This document shows positions 41,064-50,440 of a DNA stretch of 64,000 bases, piece after piece (within the stretch, counting starts at the first letter, position 1; each line of letters begins with the position of its first letter). Below the pieces are notes generated by a model, which did not search any database, was not told where the DNA came from, and was given only the letters and a program-made list of their open reading frames with translations. Source of the stretch: an uncultured Verrucomicrobiota bacterium (GTDB taxonomy: Bacteria; Verrucomicrobiota; Kiritimatiellia; JAAZAB01); contig CAZYXU010000004.1 in the NCBI GenBank assembly GCA_964650945.1, positions 2,594-66,593 on the forward strand, given 5' to 3'. Made by a program: the position numbers and the translations under genes.

Positions 41064-41150
41064 GTGCCGGCCGGCCCTTGCTGACCGGAAATAAAGAGCG
41101 GGACGGTGATGACGCAAGATTTAGTTGTTCAACCATTTATCAAGGGAGTG

Positions 41151-43766
41151 ATGCGCATGAATACCGCCAGCAATGCAGGTTTCTTCCAAAGAATGACGTT
41201 GGTAATGATGGCCAGTTTGGTCGTTCATGGATGCCTGGCAACGACAACGCCCAGGCCGCAGGATGCGGCATCGGCCCAACGTTGGACCGACCGCCTGATT
41301 CCGCTGCCGAAGAACATAACGGTCGCGGGCAGCGTTACCGTGACCGTTGAAAACATTTTTCTGGAACTGCCGAACATCAAGGATTCCCGCGAAAAAACCA
41401 TTCGCGGGCTGCTTTCGACCTGTGCGAAAGGAAATCGGTCTGACGCGACCGCCCGGATCGTATTGCAATTGGTGGCATGGCAGGATGCCGGGCTGCCGGC
41501 CGCCGTGCGTTGTCTTGAATCCGTGCCCAACCATGATCAGGCTTATGCCATTATCCATGAGGCAAATAACAACCGGCATGTCTTCCGCCTGCTGGCCTCA
41601 ACTCCGGAAGGATTGCTGTATGCGGCGCGCACTTTTGCCGGCCTGGTTTCGCCTCAGGGACTGCCGGCGGGCTTAGCGGCGGTTGAGCTTCCTTTGGTCA
41701 CGATTACGGATTGGCCGGATATGCAGGAACGGGGATGGTGGGGAAGTAACGGCCATTATAACCTGGCATGGCACGCCCAGTGGAAACTGAATTTGCATGT
41801 GGGTCATTGTACACTTCAGTTTGACATGCGCCAGACTAACGCGCTGACCGCCGGCCGCTGGCCGTCCCTGATGATCGTTCAGTCGAATGAACAAGCACAA
41901 CTGGTAGCACACGCCACGGAGGTCGGGATCCGCTTGGTGCCGATTATCCCGCATATCGGCGACGGCCAGATGAAATTGATCCGCGACATCCAAAATGAGC
42001 CGGCGCTGGCTTTCGCACGTGATATTCTGGCGCAGGAAGGCCCGCAGGGCGAAAAAGCGCGCGGTTTATGCATGTCCAACCCGCGGACGACTCAATTGCT
42101 CAGTGATGCTTTCGTGCAGGTCGTAGCCTTATCTTCTTCTGCTCAAAAGCCGTGTGAAATCTGGCTGACTGAAGGCGGCAACGTGCAGTGCCACTGCCAT
42201 GAATGCCGTGGCAGGAACGGATATGTGCTGGAAGCAGCCGGAATTATCAAGGCCTACAAATCGGCGCTCCGGCGGGAACCAGCGCTGCAATTGCGCTTGA
42301 TGAGTTCGCAAGGCTCCTACCCGGTTGATCCGCAAATCATCAAACTCTTGCCGCCAGGCGCAGGATTTGTGTATTACAATGGATTTTTGAGCTACAGCGC
42401 CGACCATCAGCCATTGATTCCCGATTACATCACGGAATTCGCGAAAACCGGGCATTATGTTTCCGCCTATATGGACGCTAATCCCTCTTTTTTTGCCGTA
42501 TTTCCCGGAAGCATGCCGCAATTTATCCGGTTCCGCGCCCGGGAACTGTGTCAAAAACGATTAAGCGGTGTCGAGGCCTACTGCGTACCTGACCGCCATT
42601 TTTATGAAGTCAACATGGCGGCGCTGGCGGAATGGACGTGGAATATGAACGGCAGATCCGTCAGCGATTTCGCGCGCGCCTTCGCCACCATCACCGGCGG
42701 GTGTGAACCGGAGCTCTACGCGAATTGGATTGAACATGCCGGCGAGGCGGCCTGGTGGTTGGCGGACAGCCGTTTTATCGAGGCCTTGTGTTACCAGCCC
42801 AAAGCGATCACCCAGGCCATTGTACCGCAATACCCGGTGGGGGACGTGCGCTGCAAGGTGTATCCCATTCCGGAATTGGACCGCACCCTGCAGCACGCGC
42901 GCGCGGCCATGGACCTGGCCATCCGGTCCGGCAATGTATTAATGCAATGCGAATCGGCCTGTGTACTGGCCGGACTGTACGCCTATGAACTGGCGGAGGC
43001 CATCCGGCAGGATAACACACAAGGCGCATCACCCGCCGAAATGGAATTGAAAATCAACCGGCTGGAAATCTATGCCCAGCAAATCCGGGGCTATCACGAC
43101 GCCTGGTATTACGCGATTGTATCGAATAAAGCGGCTTTGCCTAAAAGCCCGCTGTATCCCATGTTCGGGAAGACTGTCGGCGAGACCTACAAGGTGCCCC
43201 GCCTCAGCATGCCCGAATATGCGCTTTTCCGCGCCTGCGATGCCTGGCGCACGCAGTTGAAATTGCCTTTGCCGATCGTGGGACGCTGGTCGTATGCTGA
43301 TTTTGGGACAAACGGCCAGGCGCATCTTTCCTTTGATGCAACGTCTTTGGCGCCGTCCCACGCGACCGGCGTAAGCGTCTTCCTGGAATGGGGCGGAGGG
43401 GATACAATTCATACCAAATCCATGACACTGGTCGTATCCAACAGTCAGAGCGGGATGGTGCACACCGGCGCGCTCAACAGCCTTTCGCGGCGCTTGAACA
43501 ATCGCACCGAAGAGCGTTTCTTTGACGAGACATTCGCGCTACCGCCGCGCAATCCGGCTGATCGCCTGCTGTTGCAGGTAAATCTCGAGATTCCCGAGAT
43601 AACCCGCCCGCTTCGTTACAATCCGTTGACGGACGGAGTCTTGACTGCGGTTCCCGCATCATTGACGAATATTGACGGAAGGATCCTGGTCCGCCCGGTC
43701 TGGCTGAAGGGCGAAACAGGCGCGCGAGATTTGTCGGCAGTCAATCCATGGAAACAGACGGAATGA
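41151..43766 (+). CDS. Secreted/lipoprotein-like GH20-N-terminal-domain protein (paralog 2 of 3) with a long C-terminal extension
   Basis: This is ORF 41106..43766, with the start placed at ATG 41151 after GGGAG. It carries MTLVMMASLVVHGCLA, LIPLPKNITVAG, GLLYAARTFAGL, ITDWPDMQERGWW, CMSNPRT, WLTEGGNVQCHCHEC and LAEWTWNMNGRSVSDF. Confidence 0.7.
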   Translation: MRMNTASNAGFFQRMTLVMMASLVVHGCLATTTPRPQDAASAQRWTDRLIPLPKNITVAGSVTVTVENIFLELPNIKDSREKTIRGLLSTCAKGNRSDATARIVLQLVAWQDAGLPAAVRCLESVPNHDQAYAIIHEANNNRHVFRLLASTPEGLLYAARTFAGLVSPQGLPAGLAAVELPLVTITDWPDMQERGWWGSNGHYNLAWHAQWKLNLHVGHCTLQFDMRQTNALTAGRWPSLMIVQSNEQAQLVAHATEVGIRLVPIIPHIGDGQMKLIRDIQNEPALAFARDILAQEGPQGEKARGLCMSNPRTTQLLSDAFVQVVALSSSAQKPCEIWLTEGGNVQCHCHECRGRNGYVLEAAGIIKAYKSALRREPALQLRLMSSQGSYPVDPQIIKLLPPGAGFVYYNGFLSYSADHQPLIPDYITEFAKTGHYVSAYMDANPSFFAVFPGSMPQFIRFRARELCQKRLSGVEAYCVPDRHFYEVNMAALAEWTWNMNGRSVSDFARAFATITGGCEPELYANWIEHAGEAAWWLADSRFIEALCYQPKAITQAIVPQYPVGDVRCKVYPIPELDRTLQHARAAMDLAIRSGNVLMQCESACVLAGLYAYELAEAIRQDNTQGASPAEMELKINRLEIYAQQIRGYHDAWYYAIVSNKAALPKSPLYPMFGKTVGETYKVPRLSMPEYALFRACDAWRTQLKLPLPIVGRWSYADFGTNGQAHLSFDATSLAPSHATGVSVFLEWGGGDTIHTKSMTLVVSNSQSGMVHTGALNSLSRRLNNRTEERFFDETFALPPRNPADRLLLQVNLEIPEITRPLRYNPLTDGVLTAVPASLTNIDGRILVRPVWLKGETGARDLSAVNPWKQTE

Positions 43767-43803
43767 CATTGAATTTTCCTGAAACAACCATGACGTTCGG
43801 CAC

Positions 43804-46080
43804 ATGTCCGCTATGAAAAAAACACCGGTGTTGAAAAACAAACCGGCGCCCGGCGCGCCGCCATCCTACGACATTTTCCCCATACCCCGGCAAGTCCGCA
43901 GCCTGTCCCCGCTCCGGCTGGATGCGCGCCATGGCAAGCCGCGCATTCTGCTGGCAAGCTGCGCCAAAAATCAGCCGTTGATCCGTCTGGCCATCCAACA
44001 GGTTGCCGCATTCTGCAAAAGCGGCCGGGTGACCCGGCGGCCATCGGGGCAATTGACGATCATGCTCGCCGTCAATCCGCAGACCGTCCCCGCGGACCAA
44101 ACCGGCCAGGGTTACCGTCTTTGCATTCATCCCGACCGTTCCATCAGCATCACGGGCGCCACGCCGCTGGGATTGCTTTATGGCGTGCAGACGCTCGCCC
44201 AATTGTTGGAACAATCGGCGGGCCGGCTGCCGTGTGTGGAAATCACGGATTGGCCTGATTTTGAATACCGCCTTTCCTCGAATTGGCTGCAAAACTGCGA
44301 AGTGGCGCGGTGGGGTTTCGACCGGGGCCAGGGTTGCACCCGGTTCATCGCGGATGGCAAAAAGCGCATTGACTGGGCGTTGAAGTATAAAATCAACATG
44401 ATTTATTTCGACTTCTCTCACGGCGACAGCCGCGTTGAAATGTTTCAGGGCTATACGCGGATTCTCTCCACCCTGAATCGCTATGCGCGGAACCGTGGTA
44501 TCCGGCTGATGACCGGCATCATCACCGTCTGCGGTATGCTTAACCGTAAGTCATATCCGCACGGGACGCCATATCAATGCCCGACCCGGATGATTCAGGG
44601 ACAGAATGTCGGGGATCCCCCATTTGGGGGATGGTGTTGGTCGAACCGCCAGGCATGGGGAATCAAATGCGCAAAAATCCGGCGTTATGTTCAGGCCAAC
44701 GAACCCGGGGCGTTATACATCCACGGAATTGACATTGCCCGTTTCAAGGATGTCGCGGCCTCGTGGAAAACACGCTGTCCGCGATGTCGCAGGTTATGGC
44801 CGGAGGATGACATTGCCTCGCCGCATGGTATGGCCGGCGCCTATGCCCATATCGACAACCTGATGCTGGATGCCATTTTCAGCGTCAAAAACCAGCGCAC
44901 CGGCTACGATGCCCGGCGCGATTGCCTGGTTTGCCTGATTGCCCCGGGCTACGGCTTTTATTTCGAAGACGATGACGATTGGCAGGGCGAAATCCGTTAT
45001 TACGAACAATTGAGCCGCGGCCTGAAATATGTCGATAACGTCCAAATCGGCATCCGCGAACAAGGTTTCAACAAGTCCAATCGACGCCGGCGGGTTAGCG
45101 AGCTGGCGGCGCGATTGCGCCGCAACGCTCAAGGCCATGGCGTGTTCGTGGATGTCTTTTCCGGATATCCTGGCGGCGGCTGTACCACCGAATTTCCGGG
45201 CAGCGGCTTTGTCTATTACCGCCCCATCCAACCCTTGCCGCTCATTTATCCCACCTTTGCCGGCGCCGCTACGGTGGCCTCCATGGAAGCCCACGCCGAT
45301 TTTGAGGCGCACACCATTCTCTGCAATAATTTCGCTTGGAACTCCCGATCCGGCGGAACGGCGCTGCTGCGCAACTACCGGGAATGGCAAAATATTTACG
45401 AAGGCGCATACCGCGGATTTTATTACCCGGACAGGATTTTCGGAAACGACGGCATCCTGCAAACGATTTGCCGGCATCTTTACGGCGTGCGGGCCGGCCA
45501 GCTGATTGCCCAGGCTTACAGTTTAAGGAGCATTGACGAGGATGAGGCGCTGCCGCTTTTCCAACCCGAATCGCTGGTGCCCATGCGCGCAGCCTGGAAA
45601 CCGGCGCTGGCTCCCCCAATCCATCTGGCATGGCAGCGGCGCTGGGAACGGATCGAACAACTCACCCGCGAAGCCGGCCGGCTCATGCAAGCCGGCCGAT
45701 CGCAGCCGGATTTCAACCCCACTGCCGCCGCCACCATCGATTGGCAGATCAAAGTGCTTGGTTTGGGCGTTAAAATGACGGCGTTTTTAAAAACAGCGCT
45801 GGGGCTCTGTGCCGGGAAACAAGGCACTGACCATCGGCATATCTTCCAGAACTGCCGATGGATGTTGTGCGACTTGCAGCGTTTCATTACCACAAACTTT
45901 CCATCCGACACCAGACAGTTTTTCCAGCCGGCCGAGAGGGAGACATCCATTGATCAATACACACCAAACGATCCCACCCTTTATCCCGTACATGGCCTGC
46001 TTTCCAATATGTGTTTATGGAAACATTTGTTGCAAACATTTACCGCGGATTTAGGTGAAATTAAACGACTGAAACGCTAA
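43804..46080 (+). CDS. GH20-N-terminal-domain protein (paralog 3 of 3), with no obvious signal peptide
   Basis: It carries IFPIPRQVRS, GLLYGVQTLAQLL, ITDWPDFEYR, WCWSNRQA, WKTRCPRCRRLW and NNFAWNSRSGG. Confidence 0.7.
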   Translation: MSAMKKTPVLKNKPAPGAPPSYDIFPIPRQVRSLSPLRLDARHGKPRILLASCAKNQPLIRLAIQQVAAFCKSGRVTRRPSGQLTIMLAVNPQTVPADQTGQGYRLCIHPDRSISITGATPLGLLYGVQTLAQLLEQSAGRLPCVEITDWPDFEYRLSSNWLQNCEVARWGFDRGQGCTRFIADGKKRIDWALKYKINMIYFDFSHGDSRVEMFQGYTRILSTLNRYARNRGIRLMTGIITVCGMLNRKSYPHGTPYQCPTRMIQGQNVGDPPFGGWCWSNRQAWGIKCAKIRRYVQANEPGALYIHGIDIARFKDVAASWKTRCPRCRRLWPEDDIASPHGMAGAYAHIDNLMLDAIFSVKNQRTGYDARRDCLVCLIAPGYGFYFEDDDDWQGEIRYYEQLSRGLKYVDNVQIGIREQGFNKSNRRRRVSELAARLRRNAQGHGVFVDVFSGYPGGGCTTEFPGSGFVYYRPIQPLPLIYPTFAGAATVASMEAHADFEAHTILCNNFAWNSRSGGTALLRNYREWQNIYEGAYRGFYYPDRIFGNDGILQTICRHLYGVRAGQLIAQAYSLRSIDEDEALPLFQPESLVPMRAAWKPALAPPIHLAWQRRWERIEQLTREAGRLMQAGRSQPDFNPTAAATIDWQIKVLGLGVKMTAFLKTALGLCAGKQGTDHRHIFQNCRWMLCDLQRFITTNFPSDTRQFFQPAERETSIDQYTPNDPTLYPVHGLLSNMCLWKHLLQTFTADLGEIKRLKR

Positions 46081-46267
46081 CATGATTCGGGGCATCTTGC
46101 CGGTAAAGCGCGCATGACAGGCAATATGCGCCCGTCCTATTCAGGATTTTCAGTTTAACCCGGGACCCGTAACGCCAGCGCAGCAGCGCAAAGAGCCCGC
46201 CGGCCTCGAACTCAAAATCGTCCTGATGGGCCATGATGGACATGGCCCGGATTGGTTTTGCTTTCAT
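46061..46267 (-). pseudogene. Truncated PIG-L/LmbE-family deacetylase N-terminal fragment (68 codons)
   Basis: The start overlaps the hlyD stop codon (ATGA). MSIMAHQDDFEFEAGGLFALL is the AHPDDxE-type N-terminal motif of proteins that are normally about 220-250 aa. The frame ends inside the 3' end of the convergent 43804..46080 gene. Confidence 0.5.
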
Positions 46268-47289
46268 TGTTCCTCAGTTTTCGGCGGCGCATCCGGCGCC
46301 CGGATGGGGCGGCGCAGGTAGACTTCCACGGGCAAGCCGGGATGGAATGCCTGGCGCGGATGCTCCGGCATGGCTTCCACCATGAAAACCTGCTTGCTGC
46401 TGCTGTCCCGGCTGAAGATGACCGGCGGAGTATATTCAGGTTTGGGCGACACATAATCCACGCGCGCTTTTTGGAACGGCCCGTCCGCCGTTGGCGCGAA
46501 CCAGACTTCCCGTCCGATTTGCAGTCCGGCCGCCGCGTCAGTCCGGACAAAAAAACGCACCCGGATCAAATCCGGCGCGAGGAGCGCGACCACCGGCGCG
46601 CCCGCCCCTACCCATTCACCCTCGCGGTAGAGGGTGTCATACACCATGGAATCCACCCGCGCGACCTGGAGCTTTTGCGCCACTATCCATTTCTGCCGGT
46701 CCAAAGCGGCCTGCCGGCCAGCGCCTTCAGCCTGCATGGCGTCAATCTGGTCGGTGCGCGCGGCCAGGCGCGCCTGCACCACCCGGGACAAAGCCTGCCG
46801 GTAAACGGCGTCGGCCTGCTGGCTGGTGTAAAATGCCCGGTCATAATCGCTGGCGGATGAAAACTGGTTGGAAAACATGCCGCTGATCCGCTGGGCATCC
46901 AGGTCGGCCAGTTGCCGGGCGGCGGCGGCGCGCGCGACTTCCTGCTCCAAGACCGCCAGATCCTCGGGGCGGGCGCCCTGGCGCAGATCGCGGATTTGCG
47001 CCTCCGCCTGGCGCAAACCGGCCTCGGCTTCGTCCGCCTGGTGGATTTCCGGCGCCGGGTCCAGCGTAAATAACGCGGCGCCCTGCGTCACCGCCTGGCC
47101 GCGCGCCACCGTCAATTCTTCCAGCCATCCGCCAACCGGCGCGGCAACGTACACCAGCTCCGCGCGGATGTACCCCTGATAAAAATCCGGCGCGCGCCGC
47201 TCCCCGCATCCCGCCAATGCCAATAACAGGACGGCCAACCATACCCGGCCGTTATGCCCGCAGAATTTCCAAATCAAGCTTGTCGTCAT
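46264..47289 (-). CDS. HlyD family periplasmic adaptor (membrane fusion) lipoprotein
   Basis: It has a lipobox (LLLALAGCG), a biotinyl-lipoyl-like hairpin (VAAPVGGWLEELTVARGQAVTQGAALFTLD), a coiled coil and a beta-barrel. The start overlaps the ptsI stop codon (ATGA). No ABC or RND partner gene follows. Confidence 0.85.
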   Translation of the reverse strand: MTTSLIWKFCGHNGRVWLAVLLLALAGCGERRAPDFYQGYIRAELVYVAAPVGGWLEELTVARGQAVTQGAALFTLDPAPEIHQADEAEAGLRQAEAQIRDLRQGARPEDLAVLEQEVARAAAARQLADLDAQRISGMFSNQFSSASDYDRAFYTSQQADAVYRQALSRVVQARLAARTDQIDAMQAEGAGRQAALDRQKWIVAQKLQVARVDSMVYDTLYREGEWVGAGAPVVALLAPDLIRVRFFVRTDAAAGLQIGREVWFAPTADGPFQKARVDYVSPKPEYTPPVIFSRDSSSKQVFMVEAMPEHPRQAFHPGLPVEVYLRRPIRAPDAPPKTEEQ

Positions 47290-48914
47290 GATCCGTTTGC
47301 GCTCCTCCCCGCGGCCCGGCGCACCGCGCCGATCATGCGCGGACTGACGCTCACCGCCGCCACCCCCGCCTCACGCAGGCGGGGTACATAATCCGGCTCG
47401 CCGGCCAGCTCGCCGCACACCGTCAGCGGCCGTCCCAGTTCACGGGCGGCGGCGGTCATTTCCGCCAGCAATTTCCAGAATACCGCGCGTTCCGGCCGGT
47501 AGTCATGCGAAACCAGTTCGTTGTTGCGATCCACGGCGAACAGGTACTGGATCAGGTCGTTGGTGCCCACGCTGGCAAAATCGGCTTCCGCCAGCAATTC
47601 CCGGGCCTGCAGGCAGGCGGAGGGCACCTCCAGCATGACGCCGTGTTGCAAGCTGGCCGGCGGCAGCCCGGCCGTGGCCTCCTTGAACATGAGCCGCAAC
47701 GCCCGAAACTGTTCCAGGTCCACAATCATCGGGTACAGTACCTGCACCGGCCCATGCGCCGCCGCCCGCGCCAGGGCCCGCGCCTGGCCCCGCCATAGTT
47801 CCGCGCGGGCCAGCAGCAGGCGCCCGCCGCGAAATCCGAGGTAGGGATTCTGTTCCGGCTGAATGTCAAAAAAATCCGCCGACTTGTCGCCGCCCACATC
47901 CAGCAAGCGGAACGTCACCGGCAGCCCGTCCATGGCGTGCAGGACGGCGAGATATTTTTCGTATTGCTCATCCTCGGTTAAAAGACGGTCCGCGGCGAAA
48001 AATTCAAATTCCGTGCGATACAGGCCGATGCCTTCCGCCAGCGCGGCGCGCGCCTCGGCGGCATCGGCGGCGGTGGTGATATTCGCCAACACCCGCAGTC
48101 CGGGGACCGGTGGAACGGCGGACGCCGCCATCCCCGGCTGACGCGCCAGGACGGCGCGCACCAATTCCGGCGGGGGATTGACAATCACTTCGCCGCTGCC
48201 GCCGTCAATCAACACTTCGGTGCCGCAGGCGATGCTGCCGTGGAGGCCCTTGATGCCGGTGACCGCCGGGATGCCCAGCGCCCGGGCCAGGATGGCGGCG
48301 TGCGAAGTCTTCCCGCCGCGCTCCGTGACAAAGCCGCGCACATAGCGCGCATCCACCTCCGTGGTCAGGGTGGGCGTCAACTCCTCGGCGACGATGATGC
48401 GGTCACGCCCCTTGCGACAATGCGGCTGCCCGGCGCATTGCAGGGCCGGCCGGGTATTTTCGAGGATATCCAGCAGGCGCCGTTTCAGTTCGCCGATATC
48501 CGACGCCCTTTCGCGGATGTATTCATTATCCAACTCCAGCAGCCGGGCCTCGTATTCGTCCAGCACGCGCGCCACCGCCTGCGGCGCCGGGGTGGAGGCA
48601 TCCACCGCCGCCCGGATTTTGCCCAAAACCGCCTCATCCTGCAAAATCATGGCCTGCGCGGAAAATATTTCCGCCTCCGCCGGCCCAATGCGTTCGGCGA
48701 CATTCCGGCTCAAATCCGCCAGTTGTTCCAGCGCCCGGGTGACGGCCGCCTGCAAACGCTCCAATTCCGCCGATGGCGAAACCGTCCCGGCCGCCGCGTT
48801 GGTCAGGGGCGTATGCCGGCGGTCGTTGAACAGGCAGACGCGTGAAACCGCCACGCCGCCGCTGACGGGTATTCCCCGCAGGTGTATGGCTGACGCCGCC
48901 GCGGAATTTAACAT
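47286..48914 (-). CDS. ptsI: Phosphoenolpyruvate--protein phosphotransferase (PTS enzyme I)
   Basis: AAGGAG lies 5 nt before the ATG. The phospho-His region is GGKTSHAAILARALGIPAV, and a PEP-utilising TIM barrel follows. At 542 aa with no GAF domain, it is the PtsI type rather than the PtsP type. Confidence 0.85.
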   Translation of the reverse strand: MLNSAAASAIHLRGIPVSGGVAVSRVCLFNDRRHTPLTNAAAGTVSPSAELERLQAAVTRALEQLADLSRNVAERIGPAEAEIFSAQAMILQDEAVLGKIRAAVDASTPAPQAVARVLDEYEARLLELDNEYIRERASDIGELKRRLLDILENTRPALQCAGQPHCRKGRDRIIVAEELTPTLTTEVDARYVRGFVTERGGKTSHAAILARALGIPAVTGIKGLHGSIACGTEVLIDGGSGEVIVNPPPELVRAVLARQPGMAASAVPPVPGLRVLANITTAADAAEARAALAEGIGLYRTEFEFFAADRLLTEDEQYEKYLAVLHAMDGLPVTFRLLDVGGDKSADFFDIQPEQNPYLGFRGGRLLLARAELWRGQARALARAAAHGPVQVLYPMIVDLEQFRALRLMFKEATAGLPPASLQHGVMLEVPSACLQARELLAEADFASVGTNDLIQYLFAVDRNNELVSHDYRPERAVFWKLLAEMTAAARELGRPLTVCGELAGEPDYVPRLREAGVAAVSVSPRMIGAVRRAAGRSANGS

Positions 48915-48923
48915 GCTCGCTCC

Positions 48924-48951
48924 TTGACTTTTTTAAACAGGTATCTATTAT
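48924..48951 (+). promoter_or_regulatory. Candidate sigma70-type promoter (TTGACT-16-TATTAT) for the PAS-REC gene
   Basis: Read directly from the sequence. The -10 element ends about 35 nt before the ATG at 48987. The inverted repeat TTTAAAC..GTTTAAA (48932-48938 / 48962-48968) brackets the -10. Confidence 0.4.
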
Positions 48952-48986
48952 TAACTGATAGGTTTAAAAAGCTCAACCTCTAATTT

Positions 48987-50255
48987 ATGTCCACCAACGA
49001 CAGCAATGACGCGCGCACGCCGCCGGGAGATTCCGGCTTACATCCGGCCGCGGGAGCGATCGCGCCGGCCACCCGCAAGCTGCCGCCTTCCGTCCGGCTG
49101 GTCAAGCCTGCCAGTCCCGCGCCGCCCCCGCCCGCCCCCGGCCGTGAAAGCGCCGAACATCCCAGCACCGCCGTCCGCCTGCAAATCGCCGATCAGATCT
49201 GGCGCTATGTCGCGCACGGCATCGTCATGACCGATGCCAACGGCATTGTGCAATGCGCCAATCCCGCCTTTGTGGCCATGCTGCATTACACGGTTGAACA
49301 GGAGGTGATCAACCGCGATATCCGTTCTTTCCTGGCGGTTGCCACGGATCTGGACGGCGTCATCCGCCGGCTTCACGAACGCTGCATCTGCGCCAAGCGG
49401 GTTGGCATCAACACCCGCGATGCGATCATGCTGCCCGTCCAGATCACCGCCTCGCCGGTTTTCATGCAGGATGGCAGGCTGCGCAACATGATTTTTTCCA
49501 TGGATGACGCCACGGCCGATTTGGAAACCGAAAAACTGCGCCGGCAGACGGAAATGCAATCCCAGGCCGCCGCCGTGGATCAGGCCCGCCTGGCGGCCAT
49601 CGCCGAACTCGGTTACGCCTTGAACGATCCGCTGCAAACCCTGCTGGGCCTGGCGGAGGAGGATCAACGCGCCGATTACAACGGGCAAATCAACCGGGTC
49701 ATCGAAATTGTCCGGCAGTTTTACACGGCGCATGAAATTCCCCCGCCGGCCGAATCTGCCGGCGCGCCGGCGCCGGAACAACCGCCCGCGCCGGCAATTC
49801 CCCCGGCGGAAACCGTGCCGGACCAGCCAACCGCGGCATTGACGCCATGCGTGCCGGACATCATCATGGTGGTGGATGACGAACCGATGATCCGGCGGCT
49901 GTTTGACCGCATGCTTTCGGATGCCTTCCCCGGTTTGCGGATTGAACTGGCCGAAAACGGCGCCCAGGCGGTGGACCTTTTCAGCCGCGCGCATCACGCG
50001 GTGATCGTCATTGACATTATGATGCCCGAAATGCGCGGCGACGAAGCCTTTACCCGGATCGCCGAAGTTTGCGCCCGCCAACAATGGGCGCTGCCCCACT
50101 GCATTTTCTGCACCGGTTTCATGCCCACCGAGGCGGTAACGGCCATCACCAGCAACCCGCACCATACGCTCTTGCGCAAGCCGATCAGCCGCAAGGCGAT
50201 TGTGACGGTCATGGAAAAATTACTGAACCGCGCTGCCGCCAACACGGGTGCATGA
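48987..50255 (+). CDS. PAS domain / degenerate DHp-like helix / receiver (REC) domain protein
   Basis: The PAS region is IWRYVAHGIVMTDANGIVQCANPAFVAML. The HisKA-like helix is AIAELGYALNDPLQTLLGL, with Tyr where the phospho-His is expected. There is no HATPase domain. A Pro/Ala linker leads to the REC domain (IIMVVDDEPMIRR, VIVIDIMMPEMRG, LRKP). Confidence 0.8.
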   Translation: MSTNDSNDARTPPGDSGLHPAAGAIAPATRKLPPSVRLVKPASPAPPPPAPGRESAEHPSTAVRLQIADQIWRYVAHGIVMTDANGIVQCANPAFVAMLHYTVEQEVINRDIRSFLAVATDLDGVIRRLHERCICAKRVGINTRDAIMLPVQITASPVFMQDGRLRNMIFSMDDATADLETEKLRRQTEMQSQAAAVDQARLAAIAELGYALNDPLQTLLGLAEEDQRADYNGQINRVIEIVRQFYTAHEIPPPAESAGAPAPEQPPAPAIPPAETVPDQPTAALTPCVPDIIMVVDDEPMIRRLFDRMLSDAFPGLRIELAENGAQAVDLFSRAHHAVIVIDIMMPEMRGDEAFTRIAEVCARQQWALPHCIFCTGFMPTEAVTAITSNPHHTLLRKPISRKAIVTVMEKLLNRAAANTGA

Positions 50256-50265
50256 AACCTGAATT

Positions 50266-50284
50266 CTGCGCCGCGCTGGCGCAG
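50266..50284 (+). terminator. Possible stem-loop terminator after the PAS-REC gene
   Basis: CTGCGCC-GCGCT-GGCGCAG forms a 7-bp GC-rich stem 11 nt after the stop codon. It is followed by GTGAAAAAGTTTGATCTTTT, so there is no clean U-tract. Confidence 0.3.
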
Positions 50285-50440
50285 GTGAAAAAGTTTGATC
50301 TTTTCCGCGCAGTTTGTATGATCAGGCGTTGATGAACTTATTGGAACCTGAATCCGTGACAGGGGTTCGACAATATTTGCTCATTTAAAGACTTATGAAT
50401 TTTGATTTAACACCAAAATAATGACATCCCATGATTCCAG

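Noticed and set aside
41060-41350. ORF 41060..41350 (+), which contains NDGQFGRSW and looks superficially like an Asp-box continuation of the 57-codon BNR relic.
   Set aside because: It overlaps, in another frame, the well-supported start and signal peptide of the 41151 gene. The rest of its translation has no propeller-like sequence. The resemblance rests on a single short motif.
21200-46100. The whole glycan island as a classical mobile element, such as an integrative element or prophage.
   Set aside because: I found no integrase, transposase, tRNA target, phage or conjugation genes and no long direct repeats at the edges. Only the truncated relics suggest recombination, so I report it as a probable rearrangement boundary rather than a mobile element.
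50360-50375. A tRNA-like T-arm sequence (GGGGTTCGA), considered as a tRNA gene or an att-site remnant.
   Set aside because: The downstream bases (CAATATT) cannot pair to close a T-stem. I found no acceptor or anticodon arms in the neighbourhood.
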